From: Abditibacteriaceae bacterium
GTDB taxonomy: Bacteria; Armatimonadota; Abditibacteriia; Abditibacteriales; Abditibacteriaceae
Length of the DNA stretch: 33,001 nt
NCBI GenBank assembly: GCA_031425655.1
Contig: JANPJS010000244.1
Location: 1 to 33,001, forward strand
Reading direction: 5' to 3'
In this document: positions 8,922-18,168 of the stretch, one piece after another
Numbering within the stretch: the first letter of the stretch is position 1
Layout: each line of letters begins with the position of its first letter
Made by a program: the position numbers and the translations under genes
The notes under the pieces: model-generated
The model's input: only the letters and a program-made list of their open reading frames with translations
Databases searched by the model: none
What the model was told of the DNA's origin: nothing

Positions 8922-11312
8922 CTAATGTTTAATGCCCATCCAGGCCAATGTGCGGTCGGTGCGTTCGATTTCCTGATAAAGTTTTTGCGCTTCGAGCAGA
9001 ACCGGATCAGAAATCGCTGCGCGAAAAGCCTGCGCGTTGAAACCGGGCAATAAGCGCGTGTGCGGACGCGGCAAGGTCGGCGATAAGCGCACTACGCGTG
9101 TGCGCCAGTTCAAGGGCCGCAGCGCCGCTAAAGAATCGTCGAACTCTTTTTGCATTTCTTCGCCGCGCCGCTCGGCGTAGCCTTTGTCCAATTGCGAAAC
9201 CAAACGCCATTCTTCGACAGCCTGCTCCACCAGTTTTCCCAGATAAAGCGCCAAGCCCAGATTCGAGTGCGTGATCGGGTTGGTCGGCGCGATGGCGATG
9301 CTGCGCTGAAACGCTTCGATGGCGCGCGGCAGTTGCTTGGAGTGCGCGTAAGACAAGCCCAATCCGCCCAAGATTCCGGGTTCCAGCGGTGCCAGTTGAT
9401 GTGCGTGCAAATAATGTTTGGCGGCGCCGATAAAATCGCCGCGCTGAAAATGGATATAGGCGATGTTGGCGTGCAATTCAAAGTTGTCCGGCTCGAATCG
9501 CAGGGCGGTTTGCCAAGCCCACAACGCTTCCTGAAGCCTTCCGGCGGCGGCGTGGCCCATGCCGATGAGATAATACGCCGGCGCGATGGAGGCATCGTGC
9601 GCCGTGACGCGCTCCAAAATCTTTGCGGCGGGATCACGAAAGCCGCTTAAATACTGGCACAGCGCCGAATTGAAAAGCGAAGCGACTAAATCGGGGCGCA
9701 CTCGGATGACGTTTTCAAAAAACGTCGCGGCCTGGGCGAAGGAATGGTCGTTGCTGCCTTCCATCGTCATCAAACCCAACATAAACAGCGATTCGGCGCT
9801 GTTCGGGTTGATTTTCAAGGCTTGGCGGAGCGTTTTGAGCGCGCCTTCGCGGTCGCCGGCTTCCATGAAAAGCAAAGTCAAATCGGCGTAAGCCACGCGA
9901 TGTGTGGTGTTGAGTTGCAATGCGCGCTGCAAATGCTTGCGTGCTTCGGGATAAAACTGCGTTTTCCCGCGCAGCAAATAAGCCGCGGCCAATACGACGT
10001 GAACATCCGCGTTATTGGGATTGGCTTGGAAGGCCTGCTTAAGATATTCCACGCCGCGATCCGGCACGCCGCGTTCGATATAAGCGCGGCCCAGGTTGTA
10101 AAAAACCTCGAACTCGGCACGCTCGTGGCCGCCCGCGCTTTGCATCCGCTCCAAACCCGCTTCGAGATTGCCGTGCGAGGAAAGCGCCACGCCCAAATGA
10201 TTGTTGATGGCCGGCTCGTGGTGGCCCATGTGATCTTCAATCTTGGCGGCGATTTCCAGATAATGAACCGCGTGCGAGTAACGCCCCTGCTCATAAGCCA
10301 AAACGCCTAAGTTATTCAGAACGCGCGAGTGGCCGGGCTGCATCCGCAGCGCGGCGGACAATCGGGCCACGGCGCGATTGGTTTCGCCCATCGCGGCTTC
10401 GACGATGGCCAAATTGCACAGCGCGTCGGCATCCACCATTTTGCCTTCGATAAGCTGGCCGGCAGGCGCCGCGCCGGCTTCGTGAGCCGGGAATTCGCCT
10501 TCTATGGCCTCATCGTGCGCCTGAGGAGGGTGCATTTCGATGTCGTCGGGCGTGGCGTGATTGTGCGCCTCGTCTGGTTTTGCGAGCGGGGCGGCGGGTA
10601 TTTCCACATTGGCGATGATGTGGCTGGCGGCGGCTTCTAAAGCCGTGTGCGCTTCTTGCAATTGGCCGGTGTAGAAAAGGGCCAAGCCGCGCAAAGCCAT
10701 CGCCTCGTCGTGGTAATTCTGCGCGATGGTGGGATTTTCGCGCCACATATGTTCGAGGTGCGTGACGGCGTCGAGAACCAGAGGATAACGGCGCGCCTGC
10801 AACGCGATGATGGCCTGATTGAAAAGCACGAAAGGGCTGGCCGCCCATTGTTTTCTGGCTGCGTCCAACAAGTCCAAAGCCGGCTGTAACTGGCCGCGCT
10901 GCGCCAAAACGATGGCCCAGTTGATATGAGTTTGGCAGTCGTTGGGATTGACTTTATGCGCGGCGGCGAGGTGCGCGTTGGCGCGCTCCCAGTTGCGTTC
11001 CAGAATTGACAAGACGCCTAAGGCGCGTTGCGCGTCAAAGGAATCCGGCTCATTTTCCACGCGCTTTTCAAGTGCGTGAAGGCGCGGATCAATGAGCGCG
11101 CGGAACTGCTTTTCCAGATGAGAACGCTGGCTTTCTTTGCGTCGCCGCTCGAAGAAACCGCCCACGCCGCGCGGAATTTCGACTTCCTCGATGCCGGCGC
11201 CGTCGGGCGAGTGTTCGGGCGCGTCGGTGTAAAGCGCCCAGCGGCAGCGCGGGCAATAAGTGGAATTTGGCGCAGTGACGTTGCCGCAGCGACCGCAAAT
11301 CAATCGTGACAA
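8922..11312 (-). CDS. Large TPR protein with N-terminal zinc ribbon
   Basis: CGRC...CPRC at the N-terminus and many TPR units (e.g. VLNNLGVLAYEQGRY, VFYNLGRAYIERG, HSNLGLALY); TTG start with GGAGGA Shine-Dalgarno. Confidence 0.9.
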   Translation of the reverse strand: MSRLICGRCGNVTAPNSTYCPRCRWALYTDAPEHSPDGAGIEEVEIPRGVGGFFERRRKESQRSHLEKQFRALIDPRLHALEKRVENEPDSFDAQRALGVLSILERNWERANAHLAAAHKVNPNDCQTHINWAIVLAQRGQLQPALDLLDAARKQWAASPFVLFNQAIIALQARRYPLVLDAVTHLEHMWRENPTIAQNYHDEAMALRGLALFYTGQLQEAHTALEAAASHIIANVEIPAAPLAKPDEAHNHATPDDIEMHPPQAHDEAIEGEFPAHEAGAAPAGQLIEGKMVDADALCNLAIVEAAMGETNRAVARLSAALRMQPGHSRVLNNLGVLAYEQGRYSHAVHYLEIAAKIEDHMGHHEPAINNHLGVALSSHGNLEAGLERMQSAGGHERAEFEVFYNLGRAYIERGVPDRGVEYLKQAFQANPNNADVHVVLAAAYLLRGKTQFYPEARKHLQRALQLNTTHRVAYADLTLLFMEAGDREGALKTLRQALKINPNSAESLFMLGLMTMEGSNDHSFAQAATFFENVIRVRPDLVASLFNSALCQYLSGFRDPAAKILERVTAHDASIAPAYYLIGMGHAAAGRLQEALWAWQTALRFEPDNFELHANIAYIHFQRGDFIGAAKHYLHAHQLAPLEPGILGGLGLSYAHSKQLPRAIEAFQRSIAIAPTNPITHSNLGLALYLGKLVEQAVEEWRLVSQLDKGYAERRGEEMQKEFDDSLAALRPLNWRTRVVRLSPTLPRPHTRLLPGFNAQAFRAAISDPVLLEAQKLYQEIERTDRTLAWMGIKH

Positions 11313-11338
11313 AAGCTATGTCCTCCGCAAACGGCTTA

Positions 11339-11484
11339 GAGACAGTCTGAGAAGTCCCCCTCCCCTTGCCGTTTAAGGGGAGGGTTAGGGTGGGGTTCTG
11401 CGGCTTAACGGAAACCCCATCCCCGGCCCTTCCCCTTGATACGGCAAAGGGGAAGGGAGCCACCATCACTTTTCAGACTGCTTC
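11339..11484. mobile_element. 146-bp MITE-like element with IS5-family-like ends, enclosing a REP-like inverted pair
   Basis: Terminal inverted repeats GAGACAGTCTGAGAAGT / GAAGCAGTCTGAAAAGT (14/17), with TTA on both flanks (11336-11338, 11485-11487). Internal hairpins CCCTCCCCTT...AAGGGGAGGG and CCCTTCCCCTT...AAGGGGAAGGG. Confidence 0.7.
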
Positions 11485-11537
11485 TTAGAATAATAGCGAA
11501 TCGCGTCCTGCGATTCGGACTCGAAAATATGCGGAAT

Positions 11538-12341
11538 TTATCCGCGACTGCGCGCAAAATAAACGGCGAAGACCATCAGGGCCACCAAAATTCGCCAGGC
11601 CACGAACAGGCTTACGTCTTTGGTTTTCAGGTAGTTTAGCAAAAAGCCAATGGCCCAAAATCCCGAAATGCCCGATACCGCGATGCCTAAAAGCGTGATC
11701 GGCAGGCTGGCGTGCAGCGAATCCAAACCTCCTTCTTTCATCAGTCCCTTGCCCTCGAAGACCACGGCGCCGAGGGTAATCGGCAGCGACATCAAAAACG
11801 AATAGCGCGCCGCCGCTTCGCGCGTGAATTGGCGAAACAACCCGGCGGTGAGAGTGGCGCCGGAGCGCGAAACTCCCGGCACCAAAGCCAACGCCTGCGC
11901 GCAGCCGATGAACAACGCATCTTTGCCGTTGACTTGCTCCAAAGTGCGCTGTTTGCGTCCGATTTTATCGGCCCACAAGAGCACTAATCCCATGACGATC
12001 AACATGACGGCGTTGAAAATCGGCTCTTTGAAATAAGGCGAGTTTTCTTCGAGATCGCGCAGCAAAAGCCCGGCGATAACCGCCGGCACACACGCCGCAA
12101 ACACGAGGTTGCGGAGCTTGCTTTGCTGCGGATTGCGTAGCAATTCTGCCCAATCTCCGCGAAAGTAAAACGCCAGAGCCGCAAGCGTTCCGATATGCAG
12201 CATGACATCGAACGTGAGATAACGCTCTTCGCCGCCCAGCAGCCAGTGAGTAATGTTGAGATGCGCCGACGACGAAACGGGAATAAATTCTGTGAGGCCC
12301 TGCACCAATCCGAGCAGAACGGCCTCCCACCAGCTAATCAT
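11538..12341 (-). CDS. uppP: Undecaprenyl-diphosphate phosphatase
   Basis: LGLVQGLTEFIPVSSSAH, ALVPGVSRSGAT and REAAARYSFL; AAGGTG Shine-Dalgarno before ATG 12341. Confidence 0.95.
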   Translation of the reverse strand: MISWWEAVLLGLVQGLTEFIPVSSSAHLNITHWLLGGEERYLTFDVMLHIGTLAALAFYFRGDWAELLRNPQQSKLRNLVFAACVPAVIAGLLLRDLEENSPYFKEPIFNAVMLIVMGLVLLWADKIGRKQRTLEQVNGKDALFIGCAQALALVPGVSRSGATLTAGLFRQFTREAAARYSFLMSLPITLGAVVFEGKGLMKEGGLDSLHASLPITLLGIAVSGISGFWAIGFLLNYLKTKDVSLFVAWRILVALMVFAVYFARSRG

Positions 12342-12351
12342 AAGCACCTTG

Positions 12352-13593
12352 TCAGGCCGAAGGCGCACGCGGCGTTTCGGCTTCGTTGAATTGAGATTGT
12401 TGCAGAGTCGTGCCCGATTCGGCTGGCATTTGCGCCGGGTGACGCCCTTCGTGCCATTCGGCCAGCGCGATTTTCAAAACGGCGGCGATAGGCACGGCTA
12501 AAAACACGCCGAGAAAACCGAAAAACTCCATGCCGATTAAGAGCGCCAAAATCACCGAAACCGGGTGCAAATCTACTTCGTGGCCGATGATGCGCGGCAG
12601 CAAAACTTTGCTTTCCAAAAAGTGCATCAGCGTAAAACCGAGCAGCAAAAGCGAGGTTTGCGGAACGGATTTGGTGCTCATAAAGCAAACTATCGTGAGC
12701 GGAATCGCGCCCAGCAATGGCCCGATAATCGGCACGGCACGCGTCAAACCGGCGATGACGCCTAAGGTAAAGGCATAGGGGATGTCCAACGCCAATAGCA
12801 TGAGCGTCACTAAAACCCACGCGATGACGCACATCACCACTTGGCCGCGAATGTAGCCGTCGAAAACGCGGTCGAGGTGGTTGACCATGCGTGCGCAGCG
12901 TGGACGCCATTCTGCGGGCAAAAGCAGCTTGGCTTCGTGGCGAATCGCCGGCCCGTCGCACAGAAAATAGAAAACCAAAACCGGAATCAGCAACAATTCC
13001 ACGATGAAGCCCGCACCGTGAAACAAGCGTCCCATGCTGCCTTTGGCCCACAATACGGCGCCGTCCACGACTTCCGGCAGTTTTTCTTGCAGTTTGCCCG
13101 CGAATTCCGGCCCCAGCATCGTGAGATAAGGCGCGATGGCTTCTCGAATCGAATTTTTCACGCGCAGAAAAAACGCGGCGCGCTCTTCCGGATTTCTCGG
13201 CACGAACTGGCGCCACAAATCCACCGCGTCGTTGCTCATCGGCTTCAATCCGACGAGAATCAGCAAGTAAATGGCAAGTCCGCACAAAATAAAGACGAGA
13301 ATGACGGCTAACGAGCGTCCTCGATGTCGCGCGTGTTCGGTGTTGCCGCGTAGCATCGGCAGGCGTTGCAGCGCGTTCACCGTCGGACGCAGTAAATACG
13401 TCAGGCCCATGGCGATCACGAAAGTAAGAATGATTTTGCCGGCGTGTTCTCCGAAATACTTCGCTCCGTCCGGCATCCGCCAGATGACGGTGACGATCAG
13501 CGTCAGCGCCGCTGCCAAAAGCAAAATGCGACGGTCGTTCCATTCCGACGAAGGTGGCGAAGAAGGCGAAGGCGCGCCGGTTGACTGGATCAT
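12352..13593 (-). CDS. AI-2E family transporter (PerM/TqsA-like)
   Basis: Multiple TM segments, FYFLCDG, GYIRGQ, VPIIGP, PRIIGHEVDLHP and GVFLAVP; ATGA overlap with the wecB stop. Confidence 0.9.
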   Translation of the reverse strand: MIQSTGAPSPSSPPSSEWNDRRILLLAAALTLIVTVIWRMPDGAKYFGEHAGKIILTFVIAMGLTYLLRPTVNALQRLPMLRGNTEHARHRGRSLAVILVFILCGLAIYLLILVGLKPMSNDAVDLWRQFVPRNPEERAAFFLRVKNSIREAIAPYLTMLGPEFAGKLQEKLPEVVDGAVLWAKGSMGRLFHGAGFIVELLLIPVLVFYFLCDGPAIRHEAKLLLPAEWRPRCARMVNHLDRVFDGYIRGQVVMCVIAWVLVTLMLLALDIPYAFTLGVIAGLTRAVPIIGPLLGAIPLTIVCFMSTKSVPQTSLLLLGFTLMHFLESKVLLPRIIGHEVDLHPVSVILALLIGMEFFGFLGVFLAVPIAAVLKIALAEWHEGRHPAQMPAESGTTLQQSQFNEAETPRAPSA

Positions 13594-14801
13594 GCGCGAA
13601 CCCAGTCCAGAGGCGAAGTGGGGAGAGCAGGGGCGGTAGGCGCGGGATGAAAATCTGCGGGGCGCGGGGCGCGTCCGGCCCAATGCAGCAAGGCTTGCGC
13701 GATGCGTTCGCAGGCTCCGCCGTCGCCGTATGGATTGACCGCGTGGCTCATCGCAGCGTAGGCCGTTTCGTCGGACAGCAAGCGCGAAGCCTCGTGAACG
13801 ATGTCTTCGCGGTGCGTGCCGATGAGTTTGGCAGTGCCGGAATCCACGCCTTCGGGCCGCTCGGTGGTGCGCCGCAAAACCAAAACGGGCAGACCCAAAG
13901 CGGGCGCTTCTTCCTGCACGCCGCCGCTGTCGGTGAGAACCAAATGCGCGCGTTTCATCACTTTCACAAGATCAACATAATCAAGCGGCTCGACTAATTC
14001 CACGCGCGGATGCTCGCCTAAAACGCGCAACAGCGGCTCGCGCACAATCGGATTCGGGTGCATCGGCAAAACCACGCGCGTGTCGGGGAAGGCTTCGACA
14101 ATCTCGTGCAGCGCAAGGGCGACGTTTTCCTGCGGCTTGCCCCAGTTTTCGCGGCGATGCGTAGTCACTAAAATGAGGCGTTCGCCGGGCGTTTTCTGTG
14201 TGGCCGCTTCGGGGCGATTGACGACTTGCAAAAGCGCGTCAATGACCGTATTTCCGGTCAGGAAAATGCCATCTTCTTTCACGCCTTCGCGCAGCAGATT
14301 TTCCTTCGCCATCGCGGTCGGCGCGAAGTGCAACTGCGTGATTTGCGAAGTCAGGCGCCGGTTGATTTCTTCGGGAAACGGATCGTAAAGCTGCGCGGTG
14401 CGAAGACCGGCTTCGACGTGTCCGAACGGAATTTGGTGATAAGCCGCCGCTAAAGCCGCCGCCAAAACCGTGGTCGTATCGCCCTGCGCCAAAACGATGT
14501 CGGGCTTGACATCACTTAAAATCGTGTCGAGTCCGGTCAGCGCCCGCGTGGTGACTTCGGCCAGCGTTTGCCCGGCCAGCATGATATTGAGATCGTGTTC
14601 CGGCACAATATTGAAAAAGCCGAGAATCTGATCGAGAATCGCGCGGTGCTGCGCCGTGACGGCGACTACGCAGTGAAATTCGTCGGGCCGCGACTTGAGC
14701 AGATTGACCAGCGGCGCCATTTTCACCGCTTCGGGCCGCGTGCCGAATATCGGCATCACGACGAGGGGCTTCGTTGGGGAGTGCGTTGAGGTTTCAGCCA
14801 T
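13590..14801 (-). CDS. wecB: UDP-N-acetylglucosamine 2-epimerase (non-hydrolysing)
   Basis: FGTRPEAVKMAP, QGDTTT, HVEAGLR, HRRENWG, LTDSGGVQEEAP and NPYGDG. Confidence 0.97.
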   Translation of the reverse strand: MAETSTHSPTKPLVVMPIFGTRPEAVKMAPLVNLLKSRPDEFHCVVAVTAQHRAILDQILGFFNIVPEHDLNIMLAGQTLAEVTTRALTGLDTILSDVKPDIVLAQGDTTTVLAAALAAAYHQIPFGHVEAGLRTAQLYDPFPEEINRRLTSQITQLHFAPTAMAKENLLREGVKEDGIFLTGNTVIDALLQVVNRPEAATQKTPGERLILVTTHRRENWGKPQENVALALHEIVEAFPDTRVVLPMHPNPIVREPLLRVLGEHPRVELVEPLDYVDLVKVMKRAHLVLTDSGGVQEEAPALGLPVLVLRRTTERPEGVDSGTAKLIGTHREDIVHEASRLLSDETAYAAMSHAVNPYGDGGACERIAQALLHWAGRAPRPADFHPAPTAPALPTSPLDWVRA

Positions 14802-14853
14802 CGCGGGTAGTTTAGCGAGTCACACGGTTTTCGGCTTTGCGTAGTCTTTTTAC

Positions 14854-14974
14854 GCCACCCGACCATAAATGGCCCGGCTGAAACACCAAGCCCCTGCGGG
14901 GCTGAGGCAAAACTTCGCAGCGGTGAGCCTCGAAGAGGCTTTGTAGGCAGCCCGGTGCTTTAGCGCCGGGTGGC
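14854..14974. repeat. Composite REP-like element (nested hairpins)
   Basis: Outer arms GCCACCCGACCATAAATGGCCCGGCTG / CAGCCCGGTGCTTTAGCGCCGGGTGGC enclose the hairpins AGCCCC-TGC-GGGGCT and AGCCTC-GAA-GAGGCT. Confidence 0.65.
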
Positions 14975-14989
14975 ATTCTGCACAGAGAT

Positions 14990-15325
14990 TTAGTGATACA
15001 GCAAATCAAAGGCAATCAGCGCCGGCACGATCAAGAGCAGAATGCAGTGGAAGAGCCATAATGTCCAGACAGCATCTTTTTGTTTGGGAGATTCGAGAAT
15101 CTCATCGTTGAGAATGTAAACACATAAAGCGATAGGGACGAAGAATAAGAGCAATGCGCCGAGATTTCTCCAAACTATGACAGGGTTGGCTGCTTGGTCT
15201 GGGTTACTTTTAAATAAAAGTCCGGCGAAGAAAAACAAGCCGATATATCCACCTGCTATGAAGTAGCAAAATGAACTGAACACAATCCAAAACCGGCGAA
15301 CTAATAATTTGGAGTTCAGCTTCAT
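14990..15325 (-). CDS. Hypothetical small membrane protein (~3 TM)
   Basis: 111 aa from ATG 15325, 4 nt after the upstream gene's stop; three hydrophobic segments; AT-rich. Confidence 0.65.
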   Translation of the reverse strand: MKLNSKLLVRRFWIVFSSFCYFIAGGYIGLFFFAGLLFKSNPDQAANPVIVWRNLGALLLFFVPIALCVYILNDEILESPKQKDAVWTLWLFHCILLLIVPALIAFDLLYH

Positions 15326-15329
15326 AGCC

Positions 15330-16346
15330 TTATTTCTTCCCCAACCACACCACGCCAATCGCCGCAACGCCGAGCACGGCGGTGATGGCATACATAAAAA
15401 GCGCGGTTTTGACCGGCGTGAAGCCGCGCGCTAACAAACGATGGTGTAAATGGCCCCGGTCGGCTTTCCACGGCGCTTGTCCGGCTAACGTGCGGCGAAC
15501 CACGGCCCACAAGGTATCGGCGACGGGAATGCCCAAAACCAGCATCGGCACGCCAAGCGCGGTCGCGGCAGCCATTTTAGCGGCGGCGGAAACGGCAATC
15601 GCCGCCAGCCAAAAGCCGATGAGCAACGCGCCGGCATCGCCGAGATAAATCTTGGCGGGATAGAAATTCCAGCGCAGAAAGCCCAAACACGCGCCGCAAA
15701 CGGCGGCGGCGGCGGCAGCGGCCCACGTCGCGCCCTGCAAAATCTCGATGATGCACAAACTGCCGGCGGCAATCGCGCACACGCCCGATGCGAGGCCGTC
15801 TACGCCGTCAATGAAGTTGATGCCGTTCATCAAGCCCAGCACCCAAAGTTCGGTGAGCAGCAGCGAGGCGCCGTCGCCAAGCGGTTGCGTGCCCGACGTG
15901 AAGGGCAAAGTTTGGATGCGCACGTTGCCGCGCCACATGAGATAAACGATGAGAATTTGGCCGCCGAATTTCGCCCACGGCGGCAATTCCCATTTGTCGT
16001 CGGCCATGCCGAGCAGCAAAATCAGCAAACCGCAACCGAAGAAAACCGTGGATAAATGCAGCGTTTGCTGGGTTTGTGCGACGATGAGCGGATTGTTGGA
16101 CGGCGCCAACCATCGCACGTCGTCCGGCCCCGGCTGGCGCCAGAGCAGGGCAGCGACGGCCACGCCCGCGAAGATCGCTAATCCGCCCCATTGCGCGATG
16201 GGCGCTTCGTGTGTGCGCCGTCCGCCGGGCCGTGCCAATGCGCCGCACTTCCAGGCCAGCGCCTTCGCAAGCGGAGTCACCAGCAGCGCGACAATCAGCG
16301 CCGCCAAAAACGCCGCGAGAGGCGAACCTTTCAGTGCAATAAGCAT
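15330..16346 (-). CDS. MraY/WecA/TagO-family undecaprenyl-phosphate GlcNAc-1-phosphate transferase
   Basis: GGLAIF, GMADD, NGINFIDGVDGLA, NFYPAKIYLGDAG and ADRGHLHHRL. The ORF-track start (16367) lies inside a repeat, so ATG 16346 is preferred. Confidence 0.92.
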   Translation of the reverse strand: MLIALKGSPLAAFLAALIVALLVTPLAKALAWKCGALARPGGRRTHEAPIAQWGGLAIFAGVAVAALLWRQPGPDDVRWLAPSNNPLIVAQTQQTLHLSTVFFGCGLLILLLGMADDKWELPPWAKFGGQILIVYLMWRGNVRIQTLPFTSGTQPLGDGASLLLTELWVLGLMNGINFIDGVDGLASGVCAIAAGSLCIIEILQGATWAAAAAAAVCGACLGFLRWNFYPAKIYLGDAGALLIGFWLAAIAVSAAAKMAAATALGVPMLVLGIPVADTLWAVVRRTLAGQAPWKADRGHLHHRLLARGFTPVKTALFMYAITAVLGVAAIGVVWLGKK

Positions 16347-16355
16347 GGAATTTCG

Positions 16356-16429
16356 ATTAACCGCCAAGACGCCAAGGGCGCCAAGAAAACCTTTTGGAAT
16401 CTTGGCGTCTTGGCGTCTTGGCGGTTAAT
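16356..16429. repeat. 9-nt-periodic palindrome
   Basis: ATTAACCGCCAAGACGCCAAGGGCGCCAAGA ... TCTTGGCGTCTTGGCGTCTTGGCGGTTAAT; near-identical to 22384-22463. Confidence 0.85.
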
Positions 16430-16430
16430 T

Positions 16431-17678
16431 TTATTCATAAAGCGGGAATTTTTCGCAGATGGTTTTGACTTGCAGTTGCAGGATTTCCAGTTCTTCCTCG
16501 TCGCCGCGCTTTTTGACGGCTTCGCAAATGATGTCGGCGATAGTCAGCATTTCGGCTTCTTTGAGGCCGCGCGTCGTTAAAGCCGGAACGCCCAAACGCA
16601 CGCCGGAAGTGACCAGTGGCGGACGCGGATCGAACGGAATCTGGTTTTTGTTGCAAGTAATGCCGACGTGTTCGAGCAGGGCTTCGGCGTCCTTGCCGGT
16701 GATGTCGGCGGGCGTGAGGTCAACCAAAACCAAGTGGTTGTCGGTGCCGCCGGTAACGAGGCGGAGGCCGCCTTCGATTAAACCCTTGGCCAGCGCCGCC
16801 GCGTTGAGGCGAATTTGGTGTTGATATTCTTTGAAGCCGGGTTCGAGCGCTTCTTTGAAACACACGGCTTTGGCGGCGATGACGTGCATCAGCGGCCCGC
16901 CCTGAATGCCGGGCATGATCGCTTTGTCAATGGCGACCGCGAACTGCGACTTGCACAGAATTAAACCGGCGCGCGGCCCGCGCAGCGTTTTGTGCGTGGT
17001 TGTGGTGACAATATCGGCGTGTGGAACCGGGTTGGGATATTCGCCCGCCGCGACTAATCCGGCAACGTGCGCCATGTCTACCATGAAAACCGCGCCCACT
17101 TCGTCGGCGATGGCGCGGAACTTCGACCAGTCAATTTCGCGCGGATACGCCGAAAATCCGGCGATGATCATCTTCGGCTGGTGTTCGAGCGCCAAACGCC
17201 GCACTTCGTCGTAGTCAATGCGTTCGGTGACGCGGTCAAGGCCGTAGGAAACCGGATTGTAAATCTTGCCGCTAAAGCTCATCTTGTGGCCGTGCGTCAA
17301 ATGGCCGCCCGCCGCAAGATTCATCCCCAAAAAGGTGTCGCCGGGCTTTAAAATCGCCAGAAACACGCCCGCATTGGCCTGTGAACCGGAGTGCGGCTGC
17401 ACATTGGCGTGTTCGGCGCCGAAAAGCTGCTTGGCGCGCTCGATGGCGAGGTTTTCGACGACGTCCACCTCGTCGCAGCCGCCGTAATAGCGCTTGCCGG
17501 GATAACCTTCGGCGTATTTGTTGGTCATCACGCAGCCGGTGGCTTCGAGAATCGCTTCGGACACAAAATTCTCGGAAGCGATCATCTCCAGCGTGTTGCG
17601 CTGGCGATGCAGTTCGGCATCAATGGCGGCGGCGACTTCGGGGTCAACGGCGCGTAAACGGGGCATTTCAAAACTCAT
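16431..17678 (-). CDS. glyA: Serine hydroxymethyltransferase
   Basis: [23 protein letters not shown] and the PLP-lysine motif [12 protein letters not shown]. Confidence 0.98.
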   Translation of the reverse strand: MSFEMPRLRAVDPEVAAAIDAELHRQRNTLEMIASENFVSEAILEATGCVMTNKYAEGYPGKRYYGGCDEVDVVENLAIERAKQLFGAEHANVQPHSGSQANAGVFLAILKPGDTFLGMNLAAGGHLTHGHKMSFSGKIYNPVSYGLDRVTERIDYDEVRRLALEHQPKMIIAGFSAYPREIDWSKFRAIADEVGAVFMVDMAHVAGLVAAGEYPNPVPHADIVTTTTHKTLRGPRAGLILCKSQFAVAIDKAIMPGIQGGPLMHVIAAKAVCFKEALEPGFKEYQHQIRLNAAALAKGLIEGGLRLVTGGTDNHLVLVDLTPADITGKDAEALLEHVGITCNKNQIPFDPRPPLVTSGVRLGVPALTTRGLKEAEMLTIADIICEAVKKRGDEEELEILQLQVKTICEKFPLYE

Positions 17679-17826
17679 GATTCGTCCTCTGTTGGCTGGC
17701 TAAACACCCCTTGATTTTAGCAGAACAAATCTGCCGCGAAGATGGGGAACTGTGCTTCAAGAATCGAAAAAAAAGCAGAATAGAGATATTTCTCCATTCT
17801 GCATTCTCAATTCCCTGTTCAAAAAC

Positions 17827-17899
17827 TGGGCCGGACAGGGATCGAACCTGTGACCTTGGGATTAAAAGTCCCCTGCTCTACCAACTGAGCTACCGGCCC
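17827..17899 (-). tRNA. tRNA-Lys (anticodon UUU), CCA not encoded
   Basis: Minus strand GGGCCGGTAGCTCAGTTGGTAGAGCAGGGGACTTTTAATCCCAAGGTCACAGGTTCGATCCCTGTCCGGCCCA: 7-bp acceptor stem, D arm, CT-TTT-AA anticodon loop and GTTCGA T-loop. Confidence 0.97.
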
Positions 17900-17928
17900 G
17901 CGAAGGCGGCTTCGCAAAGCCTCAACCC

Positions 17929-17957
17929 ATGTTAGCAGATGGTTGGCGCAGTGTAAA
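17929..17957 (-). promoter_or_regulatory. Putative sigma70 promoter of tRNA-Lys
   Basis: Minus strand TTTACA, 17-nt spacer, TAACAT, about 30 nt upstream of the tRNA. Confidence 0.6.
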
Positions 17958-18001
17958 GTCGCCGGGCGAATACGAAGCGCGTTTCGCATCGCGCGGCGCC
18001 G

Positions 18002-18030
18002 TTGACGGGCAGGGCAGCATCGCCAATAAT
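18002..18030 (+). promoter_or_regulatory. Putative sigma70 promoter of purA
   Basis: TTGACG, 17-nt spacer, AATAAT. Confidence 0.55.
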
Positions 18031-18063
18031 TAAAGGGTTTGTCCGCCGTATCCCAAGACTAAA

Positions 18064-18136
18064 CGGCAGTTTTGAGTTTTGAGTTTTGAGTTGCATTGCT
18101 AACTTAAAACTCAAAACTCAAAACTCAAAACTGCCG
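18064..18136. repeat. Inverted heptamer-repeat hairpin in the purA leader
   Basis: CGGCAG(TTTTGAG)3TT ... AACTTAAAA(CTCAAAA)3CTGCCG. Confidence 0.85.
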
Positions 18137-18168
18137 CAGGCTGGAAAAGGGCGGGTCGCAGGAGAGTT

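Noticed and set aside
17679..17826. Riboswitch upstream of glyA, or an integrated element at tRNA-Lys
   Set aside because: No ZTP or glycine aptamer motifs recognised, no duplicated tRNA 3' end and no integrase; only a weak degenerate heptamer palindrome.
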